From Tricharina praecox (taxonomy: Eukaryota), in contig NW_026250464.1 in NCBI RefSeq assembly GCF_024521635.1, positions 1-40,863 on the forward strand: 40,863 nucleotides of DNA, written 5' to 3'. Position numbers and translations under genes: made by a program. Positions 11,100 to 22,045 of this stretch are shown here, in pieces; position 1 is the first letter of the stretch, and each line of letters begins with the position of its first letter. A model generated the notes under the pieces. That model made no database searches, had not been told where the DNA came from, and saw only the letters and a list, made by a program, of their open reading frames with translations.

Positions 11100-11700
11100 C
11101 CACTCCGAAGATGTGCCAGGGCCAGCCACGCTAGCCGTTGGAAACACAAACCCGGGGTTTCGGCTAGAACTTGGAAGGTTGTCTGGATGATCTTGAAACC
11201 ACGGTGTCTCCACGCGTACTTAGGCAATTCCTCGGGTAAGTGCCCCGAGATATCATACTCTACAGATCGATAAACCGCACCCACGTGCGCAAGAAGATCT
11301 CAGCTCCATCCCTTGGTCCAGCTAATACAGGGAGAGGTTTTCAGGCACGCGAGCATCAGTTCAAGTGCCGCCGAACCTGGAAGGAACGACAGAGAGAACT
11401 GTGGGGGAGGCGGAGATGATCAGCGGCAGAGTCGAGACCGCAGGCGAATAGCCGACATGTTCGCCGATGAGCGGTTGGCGGGAGTAATCTTGACATTTCT
11501 CGGACACACGGAGATCGGAAGGAGAATCGATACCGGGAGAAGAAAGGCAGCGCGGCCCGCCGCCGAGCGAGCCATCGGGTGTGGACTACAGGGGCGAGTA
11601 GTAGAAAACGTGGAGGAAGGACCGAGGGGAGGAGAGGCGCAGCGGTCGTGGCAAGCGGAAAAATGGTTTGTGTTTTACATTGGCTTCTCTCGGGGGCAGG
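11100..11700 (+). mobile_element. Degenerate 3' fragment of a fungal (Tad1-like) LINE ORF2
   Basis: Frameshifted peptides QAREHQFKCRRTWKERQRELW (from 11342) and IADMFADERLAGVILTFLGHTEIGRR (11448-11525) resemble the C-terminal zinc-knuckle/end region of ascomycete LINE ORF2. Confidence 0.6.
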
Positions 11701-12211
11701 CGAGGGACGCCGATTAGCTACATACTCTCGTTGCGGCCGCTCTCTATCGTGCGGACGCCGTGATGTATATATGTCGCGAGATACGTCCATAAATTGATTT
11801 CCCGTCCCCCCATAGAGACGTTGCAAAGCCACCGGCCCCGGGGGTGGTGGTTGTTTCTATTTTTGGTATCACTCGGCAGTGTCATGTGATGAATCATGCT
11901 GTCATACGCCTTTCGCTGCCAGCTTTTGGTTTATTCAATCATCATTGCAATTCGAACTTAGTAGATCATGACAGATCAGGTACTATACTTATGTACTTCC
12001 TACTTTCTTTCTTCCCGCGGCTGTCACCAACCGCTGGGTCCGAACTAATACCGGTTCCCTATTGCTCACCGCCGCCCAGCCCACCCTGCTCGTCAATCCT
12101 CCCTGCCCCCTCGTCGCGGAATCCCTGGGCTAGTACGCCAACACGGAGAGCCACGCTTCTAGACTCGCGGACGGATTAGACTTGGTGTCACTGTTAGCGT
12201 TCGCCGAAGTC

Positions 12212-12726
12212 CAGTGTTCTCCGTCGTCCGGTCCGTCCGTTCTGGACCTCGGACGAGGACGAACGGCGTGCCTCCCGTCCGTCCGAGCCTAGGCCGTGAC
12301 GGCCAATATTGCTTCAGCGGCTAGACGCAACGAACGACGGAGGATTGCCTTCAACAGCCGTCCGCCACCGTCCGCCACGCCTTGGACCAAAACCTGATTT
12401 CGGGCATGGACATTTGTGTCCGAGTGAGATATGGTGCCCGCTGGGCTGTGCTGGTGGCCGGGCACTGCACCTTAGGCGTCCGAATCAGAATTCCGCTAGT
12501 TTTCACAACATGTGGATCGGTGAGGCATGAGCTGACGCGGTAGTATGTAGCATATCAGAGCTAGAAATCATCCATCAGCGAAATCATATTCACGTGACTT
12601 GGACGGCCGCCCCCCACCGTCGGACGGGGACCGACCCGCCCGGCCCCACCTCGTACCTGACGGCCAACTTCTGCAAATGTCCGTCCCGCCCGGAGGTCCT
12701 TCGGGACCGGACGATGGAAAAAATTA
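12212..12726. mobile_element. Old hAT-type MITE (~515 bp)
   Basis: Degenerate TIRs CAGTGTTCTCCGTCGTCCGGTCC / GGACCGGACGATGGAAAAAATTA. 8-bp flanks CCGAAGTC vs CCGTGGTC (6/8). Many CCGTCC/GGACGG subterminal motifs, as in the 5148 element. Confidence 0.6.
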
Positions 12727-12910
12727 CCGTGGTCCAACAGGCAAATAGATGCGAATTAAAATTGGTGACCCCCCCTCCCCCCCCCCACCCGCTCAACCCT
12801 ACGCCAACCACCAACAAGAACGAAAAGAATGAAAAAAGAAAGATAGTAGGAAAGAGGGAATGAATGAAAGAAGGTACTCGTTAATCTAGTTCTCGTCCCG
12901 TCCAACGTCC

Positions 12911-13257
12911 TGTAAGCTGAGGAGCTAACAATTGCAGTTTTTTTGTCCCTGCCACCCGTAGTTTCTATGTGCTCCGCCGGCGGACGGTCTCCTCGTTCAT
13001 CTTATATCTTCTTTCTCGCCCTGGTTCTCACGCTCTGTCATCCGTTTTCTAGGTCTGATGATGTCTGGGTGAGGAGACTGACTGGGGTGGGGGCGAAGGG
13101 TGACTCGCCCGTTTCCGCCATCGAGGTTTCGTATCTCCTCGCATTTACTTCTCTGGTGTCTTTCACCCTCACCGCCCTGTCTACCGCCGATGTTCCTGCA
13201 CTTGCCCTACCTATCTGGTCCTGCTGTGATAAGTGGGGTTTGCCGCTGACGCTTACA
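12911..13257. mobile_element. Possible old solo LTR
   Basis: TGTAAGC...GCTTACA terminal inverted repeat over 347 bp. The 5-bp flanks match only 3/5 (CGTCC/AGTGC). Confidence 0.35.
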
Positions 13258-14625
13258 AGTGCTTGTGCCCCCCAGCAATATCACTCTATACACACGTCTT
13301 CCGACTCTCAGCCAGCGGCGCTACCTTAGGTGGGCTGCATCTAGTAAAGTGGTTGGAATACAGGAAGATATCAGGGCTTCTCCGTCCGGCCTATTAACTC
13401 GAGCTCTGCCGTTATCACATGAGGTAGAATGGCAGTTCAGTACCTATGTTGGCAGGCCGTCACAGCGCAGCACCCTGGGCACATATCCACAGACGGTGCC
13501 CGGACAATATGTCTGGGTGAAGTCAAATTTAGATCACTCAACGCATGGCAGAGAACCTGCACTGCTTTCCAGAACCGTAATTTTTCATGCAAGATTCCCC
13601 ACGAATGACATTATCAGCGGCTCCAGAGATCATTCGCCCGGCATGGGAGTCGGGACCAGAGGAAACTTCCACGTGGAGCCCAAATACGCTAGGTAACACA
13701 TATCTGAACAGAAAAGGATATGAGTACTACTAGGGCGGTGAATAGGACGTTGCATCCGTTTTAGGGTTACCCTGAGCCCGAGAGGGGACGGAATTGGTCG
13801 GGCTTAGCTTGCAGTACTTTGTATGTACCCATGTGGTGAAAATTTACTTTGTTGAGGGGCCCCAACCTGCAAAGCCCCGCCGAATATTACTCCAGCATCG
13901 ACGACCTTTGTTGTTGTATGGACACGAAATGTAGGGTGAGAATCCACATTCAAGCAAGCCAGCAGTGGTAATAGAGAACTCTTTCCGACGGCGGATTGAG
14001 TGCCCAGACCGACGAATTCGACGACGATGAGCATGAAGCGATAGAGAATCGAGCCTCGGTCCCTGACGGGAGAACTGCACCACGGGTGCTACGTCCGAAC
14101 CTCAGAAGAGGTCTTACAATCGCTTCCCCGCACATTATCATCGATTTCATCACTCTAGGAGAGCCTGTTTAGCAGGCGATACGGCGACGGCGAGGAGGAG
14201 GGTGAACTCCAGGGGGAGACCTCAGGGCTTGGCCCAGGACCACGTTGACCACGACGACTGGCATTTTGCCAATCCCGCCTTCGATCCAAATATCTTCGCT
14301 GCTATTCATCAGGCCCCGGCCTTCGCAGCTGCGCAAACCCCGAGACGACGATTCCTTTCGAGCACCATGCCGTGTGCGCTAGACTTGTTATGTTGAGAGT
14401 AGTTCCGAGTGGAGGTACCTTTTGGAGAAGAGGAGGGCTACGACGCGCCGCTACAGCGCAAAACTGACAACCCGAGCCTCTTCGGAGGCTCACTTTTGAA
14501 ATATTGCGAGGACGAGTGAATTTGCTGTCACTTCTGTATGGATTTGGTTGCGGAATTTCTTTGTCGAAATGTTGTATTATACATACCTCTACCGGCCATA
14601 ACCTTAGGGTTCCATGCTGTATGAA

Positions 14626-14646
14626 CAATCAATCAATCAATCAATC
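14626..14646. repeat. (CAAT)n microsatellite
   Basis: About five CAAT units. Confidence 0.85.
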
Positions 14647-16343
14647 AGTGGTCATAGAGTCAGGCGCGTGCTGAAGAGTTGAAATCCTCTAACCCGGTCA
14701 AGGACGGCCACTTTGGGATCCAGCCTTTTTCATAGTTGGCGGAAGATTATCCCGTCGGGGTTTACCAAGCGCCAGTGCCGAATTGTTCGAGACAGCTCGG
14801 GCGCTCGATTCAATTATTTTCGTTGCGGCGATTCATCTAGTAGAAGGGTTGTAGTCGTCTCACCAGCCCTAGTAACTTTCCGGCGACTATGTAGCAAGTC
14901 ACGGCACGGTTTTTGTTTTTTTCTGGTGCTACATATCTCGGATGGTGAGCCGCATAACCGTTCCTTCTCGGCGGGTGGATCCATTGGAGCGCCTGAGCAC
15001 TAACTGACACTGTTGGGTTGTACATATGATCAAGTGACGCCGGAATGACTCAATCAACGGATGATGATTTAGCTCGTGAACAGCTATGCAGTGCTTCTCC
15101 ATAAGGCCTCCTTCAGTTGCCATGTTCCGGGTTACGTCAATAAGCGCGGAGCGGCTGAAAATTCGCTATGCATTGCTGCCTGGTATGCACGGTATATGCA
15201 GACGATCAACGGATTAAGCGATTGCGCTACGGATGCCACCAATGAACTCCAGCACCCCCGTCAAAGCCTAATCACACCCCCCCATCGCGCAGGTGTCAGC
15301 TGCAACCGATTGTTCCTGTCTGCCTGTGGCGCCGATTTCGGAACCACGCACGTGTGTCGCTATGGTCTCCCGCGCACGACCGAGCTACACCATGAAAAGA
15401 GAAAGACATGCGGGACAACATCTAGCCCAGCGAACGCGAGTTGGCAAACTAGGCATCGTAGCAGGTCGCATGGCGGCCGTTCGTTGGATGGTTTCAAAGT
15501 CTTCCTTTCGGTGTCACTGTCGTTGGAAGTTTGTGAGCACCTGCAGGAGTTGAAGAGTGCGGTCCGGAGAGATGGGTCAGGATGACTGCATCGCCATTCT
15601 TGAGCATCTGTTCGACGTGCAGTTGGTGATAGCACTCCCGTGATGAATCCCACCTCCGCCGTGCTACCGTATCCTACCCGTTGAGTCGCTCCATATCACT
15701 AGAAACGTACTCTGGCTAATGCCAGTGCCGGCATCGCTGTGTGCTACGGTGATAAGCTCATGATTTGTGATCTCCACCGTTACGAGCAGGGCAGTGGATG
15801 CTTGTTCGACTACTAACAGAGAAGCAATTACCATTGGTAATGAGCATACTCGTCGAGTGTATAGCCATACGCGAAGAGACTCAGCCTGATCCAATGTAGC
15901 ACTAATGCACGTGCCCAGCGAACCCCACAGCTAGAGGACGCCACATATGCGGGCCCACAACTAACATCTATAGCAGACTCTGGTATATCCTTAATAATAT
16001 CTCCATGGCAGCCTAAGTGGCCATTGTGGTCAATGGCAGGGGACAGGAAGCCACGCGCGAAGTGCGCACGTTCGACATACAGCCAACAATAGGTGTCCGA
16101 TACAGATTCAGCCTTCAGGACGGTGCCTGTCTGCCGAGGGTTTACGGGGAAGTACAAAAGCAGCGAGCCCTGGCGTGCGCAAATTTGCACCAGTGAGCAA
16201 TAGATATCAATCAAACTTGAGTTTCTTTACACCTAATACCCTCGCCAATTTTAAATCCTAGTACCTGCTCTTCCGGCAAAGAATCCAGTGCTGCTCGAAT
16301 CAATATCATTACCGCTCTATACTAGCTACAGAATCCACGCACT

Positions 16344-17789
16344 ATGGCCTACTACGACTGGAACGACGGTAGTATGACCTACCATGGTACCCAGAGTTAC
16401 GTCTACGACGGTTCTGGCTCCGGCGACGATGACATGGGATTCCCCGGTGGTGGCGTCGGCAACGATGACGAGAGCGACGAAGACGAGAGCGACGACGACG
16501 AGGGTGATGATGGCGAGGGCGACGAAGACGAAAGCGACGAAGACGAGGCCGACGAAGACGAGGCCGACGACGACGAGGGCGATGATGGTGAGGGCGACGA
16601 AGACGAAAGCGACGATGGCGAGGGCGATGATGACGAGGATGACGATGACGAGGGCGACGACGACGAGGGCGACAACGACGAGGGTGATGATGGCGAGGGT
16701 GATGATGGCGAGGCCGACGAAGACGAGGCCGACGAAGACGAGGCCGACGACGACGAGGGCGATGATGGTGAGGGCGACGAAGACGAAAGCGACGATGGCG
16801 AGGGCGATGAAGACGAGGATGACGATGACGAGGGCGACGACGACGAGGGCGACAACGACGAGGGTGATGATGGCGAGGGTGATGATGGCGAGGCCGACGA
16901 AGACGAGGCCGACGAAGACGAGGCCGACGAAGACGAGGCCGACGACGACGAGGGCGATGATGGTGAGGGCGACGAAGACGAAAGCGACGATGGCGAGGGC
17001 GATGATGACGAGGATGACGATGACGAGGGCGACGACGACGACGATGGTGATTACTATTTTGATGACTAGTAAGTTAAAATGAGGAGAAATGTCTGCAGTA
17101 TCTCAGCTTACGGTAGTCACAGCGACAAACATGACGGCTCGAGTTACAACTATGGAGTCACTGCAAGCGCACAATATATCACGGCTGGCTCAGGACCACC
17201 TCCTCCACCGATGCCTCAGGGCTACGGTCTAGACCCCAACGCTTTCTTTCAAGGTCAACCCCTCTTGATCTATGCCATCAGCAGGGGCGACTCGCAAGCT
17301 GCGGAATCACTTATCCGTAACGGCGCATCAATTGACCATTTAAGCATTGAACACTACAACATCACAGTGCAGTATTTTTACCAGACCCAGAACCGCTACT
17401 TCATGAACATGCTGGCGCAGAACAACCCTGCTCGTCACGGAAGAGGTTCTTCGCGCACTAGCGCCCCCTCACTGAGGCCGGGAACGAGGAGCAGTTCTTG
17501 CGCAGGGCGGTGGCCGGGTAGGGGAAGTGAAAGGGGCCACAGATCGGACAGGGGGAGTGGTGGAGCGCGGGGTTCTGACAGGGGAGGTGGAAGACGCCGT
17601 CGATCAGACACGGGGAACGGTAGAGGGCGGAGCTCCGTCAGGGGTGGAAGCGGCCGTGGGGCAGACGCGGGGAAGAGTGGAGCGCGGGGTTCTGTCAGGG
17701 GGGATGGTAGGGGCAGGGGCCCGTTCAGAGGAGGTAGCATAGGACGGAATCCGGTCAGGGGGAACGGTAGGCGCGAGCCGCAGTGTTGA
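16344..17789 (+). CDS. Hypothetical protein (~463 aa): Asp/Glu-rich repeat tract, one ankyrin-like repeat, Arg/Gly-rich tail; exons 16344-17068 and 17123-17789
   Basis: ORFs 16344 and 17079 join in frame through a 54-nt intron (GTAAGT at 17069, GCTTAC branch, CACAG ending 17122), which removes the apparent TAG. Ankyrin-like segment GQPLLIYAISRGDSQAAESLIRNGASID. Confidence 0.75.
16462..17045 (+). repeat. Coding minisatellite: 15-bp units in a 180-bp higher-order repeat
   Basis: 16561-16620 = 16741-16800 and 16681-16740 = 16861-16920. The third copy carries one extra 15-bp unit. Confidence 0.9.
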
Positions 17790-18094
17790 TAGGAGATTCA
17801 GGCTTGCGGGTGCGTACATGATATGCTAGCAGTGGTAGTGGGATTTAGTCAATGCAAGAGTATATCGCGTCAGGAAAAAAATGTACTTCATTAGGGTGTC
17901 CACCGCGTATTTATGTAGTGTCACGGTGACCGCGGCGGGTGCATACATAACGGTGGTAGGGCATTCCACCCTATCCTGAGAGATATTCCGTGGGCACGAC
18001 GTCGGGTGGGCATTCGAACATCTTGTAGTTTCATTGATATCAGGGGGTCTATCTGCAAAACAGCAGTATCCGTCCTGTCCATACACCCCGTCCG

Positions 18095-18535
18095 CTCCCT
18101 CCCTCTTCCGTGCTCCCACAACTCTTCCGCTCCCTCGCCCTCGACTGGCCGACTCCCACAACTGTTCTGTGCACCCACAACTCTCCATGCCGTCACCTCT
18201 TCGCCGCCCTTCCCCTTGACTCGCCCTCTTTCGCCCCCCGGCCCTCGACTGGCCCACTCGCTCAATCTTCCGTGCCATCACCTGGTCCGGCCCATCGACT
18301 AATCTGTGCCATTACGACGTCCGGCCCGTGGACTCGTCCGTGCCGTCATCTCTTCCTGTGCCATTATCTCGTCCGGCGCCGCCATCGCCTTCCGTGCTCC
18401 CACAACTCTTCCGTGCCGTCACCTCTTCCGTGCTCCCACAACTCTTCCGTGTAATCACCTCTTCCGGCCGGTCGAATCGTCAGTGCCATCTCTTCAGGCC
18501 CGTCGACTGGTCTCCCACAACTATTCCGTGCTTTC
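18095..18535. repeat. Degenerate minisatellite (CTTCCGTGCTCCCACAACT / CTTCCGTGCCGTCACCT units)
   Basis: Motifs recur at ~18105, 18150-18200, 18270, 18340-18460 and 18515. Confidence 0.75.
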
Positions 18536-19028
18536 ATAACCAGTGCTCCCTATGGACCAGTCCGGACGGACTGCATCAGTACAATATAGTCCATGAAATT
18601 GGAGGACGGTTTGGATTCGGTCTGTCCAAAACATTTTCAGCCTAAGACTGAAGTCGATTGCAGTAGACTGACCGACTGCCACAATCCGAACTTGTTGGGC
18701 CGGTATGTGTTTCTTTGTTGATTGTCCTCACTGTTTTTCACGTGAATGCTCTCTCATCTTTCGCCGTACATGTTTGCTCTCACATTTGGTCGGCTGGCAT
18801 CTCACATAGAGGCATCTATAAAACATTTTTATCTTGTCCATAGCTGACTGTTCATCTCATTACATCATCTGATTGAATCATCTCATTCGAATAGTAAGTC
18901 CTCATGCTACCAGTCCCTCTCCCACGGGGTAAGATAAAGAATTCTACCAAAGCTGCAGCTATGGGAACAGTCTCTGTCATGGTTCAGATATCCTTGCCTT
19001 ATAGTACTTACCCCGTGTACTTTATTAC

Positions 19029-19746
19029 TGTGACACCCTTATAGACTCTCGGGTAGTCGCAGCGGGAGCGGTTCGTTGGGAAGTGATCAGAATACAGGAA
19101 TAGATAGTTATAGCATAGAGATGAGTTAGGCAGCAGTGAGCAAACGGGATCCAGAGTCTAGACAGCGATCGGCGATACGGACGATGCATAGTCAAGTCCG
19201 ATACGGCCGAGAAGACCCGAGGCAGTGCATCATGGAACCCTGTAGAAAGGAACGCCAATCATGGATCCTGTTTTGACGCGCGATTACCAATGTGTCGACA
19301 AAATAGAACCCTGTAGAACCGGGCTGCTACTTAGTGCCGACATGAAGATATGTACTGCTTACTCTGAGCTATGCTCCGGTAGGAAGTGGTGAGCACTTCT
19401 TGCCTAGTCTGAACGGCTATCCCTGCGACAACTTACGGCGACTCTACAGCCTAGACCCAGTGGGTAACTCTTCGTAGCGCTTACGCCAGAGCATGACACA
19501 ACGGGCGTTTACAACGGAGTTCCCCACACCAGAGTTTTCTGATCACGTGCTTAGGTGTACGGGTAGACTATATAGTCACCCGACAATCGTCACGGAAATC
19601 CCAACACCAGCACAACCAGGAACACCAAACACTACTGATGATACCCCTTAAGATTATTCCGATGTGAATTATCGAAATCCCTGGCTTTTATTGTATACTC
19701 AATATTTATCAAGACTCCGACGTCCCGAAACCGTTCCAGTCTCACA
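19029..19746 (+). mobile_element. Solo LTR, family B (~718 bp)
   Basis: TGTGACA...TCTCACA ends. Reverse-complement homologue of the LTR at 34311-35027 (e.g. ACATGAAGATATGTACTGCTTACTCTGAGCTA). No clean 5-bp TSD. Confidence 0.8.
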
Positions 19747-19901
19747 TTATGATCTTAAGAGTTATAAGTTACCGTTTTCACAACCAGAAACCATTATGTC
19801 ATCCTCCAACGTCCACATGCTTCGCCTCAAATACCCACAGACGCTGAACGTTGCGCTGTCGACCACACACACGGCTGGCGCAACGATCAAAATCGCGAAC
19901 C

Positions 19902-20012
19902 TGTAATAAAGTACACTGGGAAAGTACTATACCACTCCACGAAAAGATATTTTGATAGCTGAACGCCATCATCCCAGTAGCTACTTAAGGCCAGGATTTC
20001 TGAACTGTGACA
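19902..20012 (-). mobile_element. Solo 111-bp LTR of the TRIM-like family
   Basis: Near-identical to 35658-35768 and 35956-36066. TG..CA ends. Perfect TSD GAACC (19897-19901 / 20013-20017). Confidence 0.92.
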
Positions 20013-20036
20013 GAACCCCTCTGCCTGGTTGAGAAT

Positions 20037-20547
20037 TGTCACGGCTCACAACGGAACGTTTGAGCAAGAGCCGGAATAGGGGTCGGAAGGCAGCGCAGGG
20101 GCTGCGCAGGGGGCTGCGCAGGCGGCAATGCAGGAATGAGTCGGAGGAATTGTGGCTGTGTGTTGGAGACAGGGGTAGCGCGGCAGCGCAGGCTGTGAGT
20201 CACTGGAGCGGGGTATCGGCGAGGAGGATTTCTCAGGGTCTGGCACATGCCCACGGTCATTGTCGGGTTGCGGGAAGAAGTGGAGGATTTCCTATATAAA
20301 CGGGCCAACGCCCCTCTGTAATTAGTTCTTCACGCAACAACTTGTTGATTCAACCACTGTTGACTCTGTCCTTGCTTCGGCTGCCGTCTCCGCCGTAGTC
20401 CTTGTCTCTGTCCTTGTTTCTCAGTTGCCGTCTGCACTCAGCCCTGCCCTGCCTCGTTCTCTGAGCCCGCCTCGTCTCAGCCCCGCCTAGTCCCCGATCA
20501 CCAGCCCGACTTCGCTATCTGGAGCCTGACCAGACCGTGCTGTTACA
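20037..20547 (+). mobile_element. LTR, family A (diverged copy, no TSD)
   Basis: TGTCACGG...TGTTACA. Reverse-complement homologue of the 510-bp LTRs at 21536 and 26623. TATATAAA at ~20293. Flanks AGAAT/AAACC differ. Confidence 0.9.
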
Positions 20548-20663
20548 AAACCGTTCACACGGTGAAGGCACAGGCAACAAACAGAACTTCCACCTGGACG
20601 TCCGGCGTAACACTTGGGCATAAGGGTAGCACCATCCACTCAGGTGGATGGAGCGAGGATAGT

Positions 20664-21535
20664 TACCTGGTTGATCCTGCCAGTAGTCATATGCTTGTCT
20701 CAAAGATTAAGCCATGCATGTCTAAGTATAAGCAATCTATACAGTGAAACTGCGAATGGCTCATTAAATCAGTTATCGTTTATTTGATAGTAACTCACTA
20801 CTTGGATAACCGTGGTAATTCTAGAGCTAATACATGCTAAAAGCCCTGACTTCGGAAGGGGCGTATTTATTAGATAAAAAACCAATGACTTCGGCCTCCT
20901 TGGTGATTCGTGATAACTTTACGAACCGCATGGCCTTGCGCCGGCGATGGTTCATTCAAATTTCTGCCCTATCAACTTTTGATGGTAGGATAGTGGCCTT
21001 CCATGGTTTCAACGGGTAACGGGGAATTAGGGTTCTATTCCGGAGAGGGAGTCTGAGAAACGGCTACCACATCCAAGGAAGGCAGCAGGCGTGCAAATTA
21101 CCCAATCCCGACACGGTGAAGTAGTGACAATAAATACTGATACAGGGCCCTTTCGGGTCTTGTAATTGGAATGAGTACAATTTAAATCGATTAACGAGGA
21201 ACAATTGGAGGGCAAGTCTGGTGCCAGCAGCCGCGGTAATTCCAGCTCCAACAGCGTATATTAAAGTTGATGCAGTTAAAAAGCTCGTAGTTGAACCTTG
21301 GGTCTGGATGACCGGTCCGCCTCACCGCGTGCACTGGGAATCCGGACCTTTCCTTCTGGCAAACCTCATGCCCTTGACTGGGTGTGTTAGGGAACCAGGA
21401 CTTTTACTTTGAACAACTTAAAGTGTTCAAAGCAGGCATTTGCTCGAATACATTAGCATGGAATAATAAAATAGGACGTGCGGTTCTATTTTGTTCGTTT
21501 CTAGGACCGCCGTAATGATTAATAGGGATAGTCGG
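20664..21535 (+). rRNA. 18S rRNA, 5' part (interrupted, pseudogenised copy)
   Basis: Starts TACCTGGTTGATCCTGCCAGTAGTCATATGCTTGTCTC and contains GTGCCAGCAGCCGCGGTAA. Breaks at the GTCGG TSD. Confidence 0.97.
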
Positions 21536-22045
21536 TGTAATGGCACGGTCGGGCAAGGCTCCAGGTAGCGAAGCCGGGCTGGGGGTCGGGTTCTGGGTTC
21601 GGTAGAGGCAAGACAGGTTCAGGGGACAAGGTGAGGCAGGGCTCAGTGCAGACGGCAACTGAGAACAGAGGCAGGGACAAGGACTTCGGCGCAGACGGCA
21701 GCCGAGGCAAGGGCAGAGGTAACTGTGATTGAATTAACAAGTTGTTGCGTGAAGAAACAAGTACAGAGGGGCAACGGCCCGTTTATATAGGAAACCCTCC
21801 ACTTCTTCTCGCAACCTGACAATAACCGTGGGCGTGTGCCAGACCCTGAGAAATCCACCTTGCCAGTACCCCGCTTCCGTGACTCATACCCTGCGCAGCT
21901 GCACTACCCCTGCTTACTGCACACAGCCCCAATTCCTCCGGCTCATTCCTGCATTGCCGCCGGCGCAGCCCCTTGCACTGCCCCCGCGCTGCCTTCCCAC
22001 CCCTGTTCCGACTCTTCCTCGAACGTCCCGTCGCGAGCCGTGACA
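21536..22045 (-). repeat. 3' LTR of the family A element
   Basis: TG..CA ends, preceded on the minus strand by the PPT. Confidence 0.95.

Noticed and set aside
14900..16250. Scattered ankyrin-like peptide fragments (e.g. YGEALHSCS, DSTGR, LLHKASFSCH)
   Set aside because: Short, on both strands and broken by stops. May be a pseudogene but cannot be supported without an HMM search.
16384..17082. Thr/Arg/Met-rich and Ser-rich ORFs
   Set aside because: Alternative frames of the GAC/GAG repeat. The acidic frame splices to a sensible exon.
18095..18535. CRISPR-like array
   Set aside because: Eukaryotic context, no unique spacers, degenerate units.
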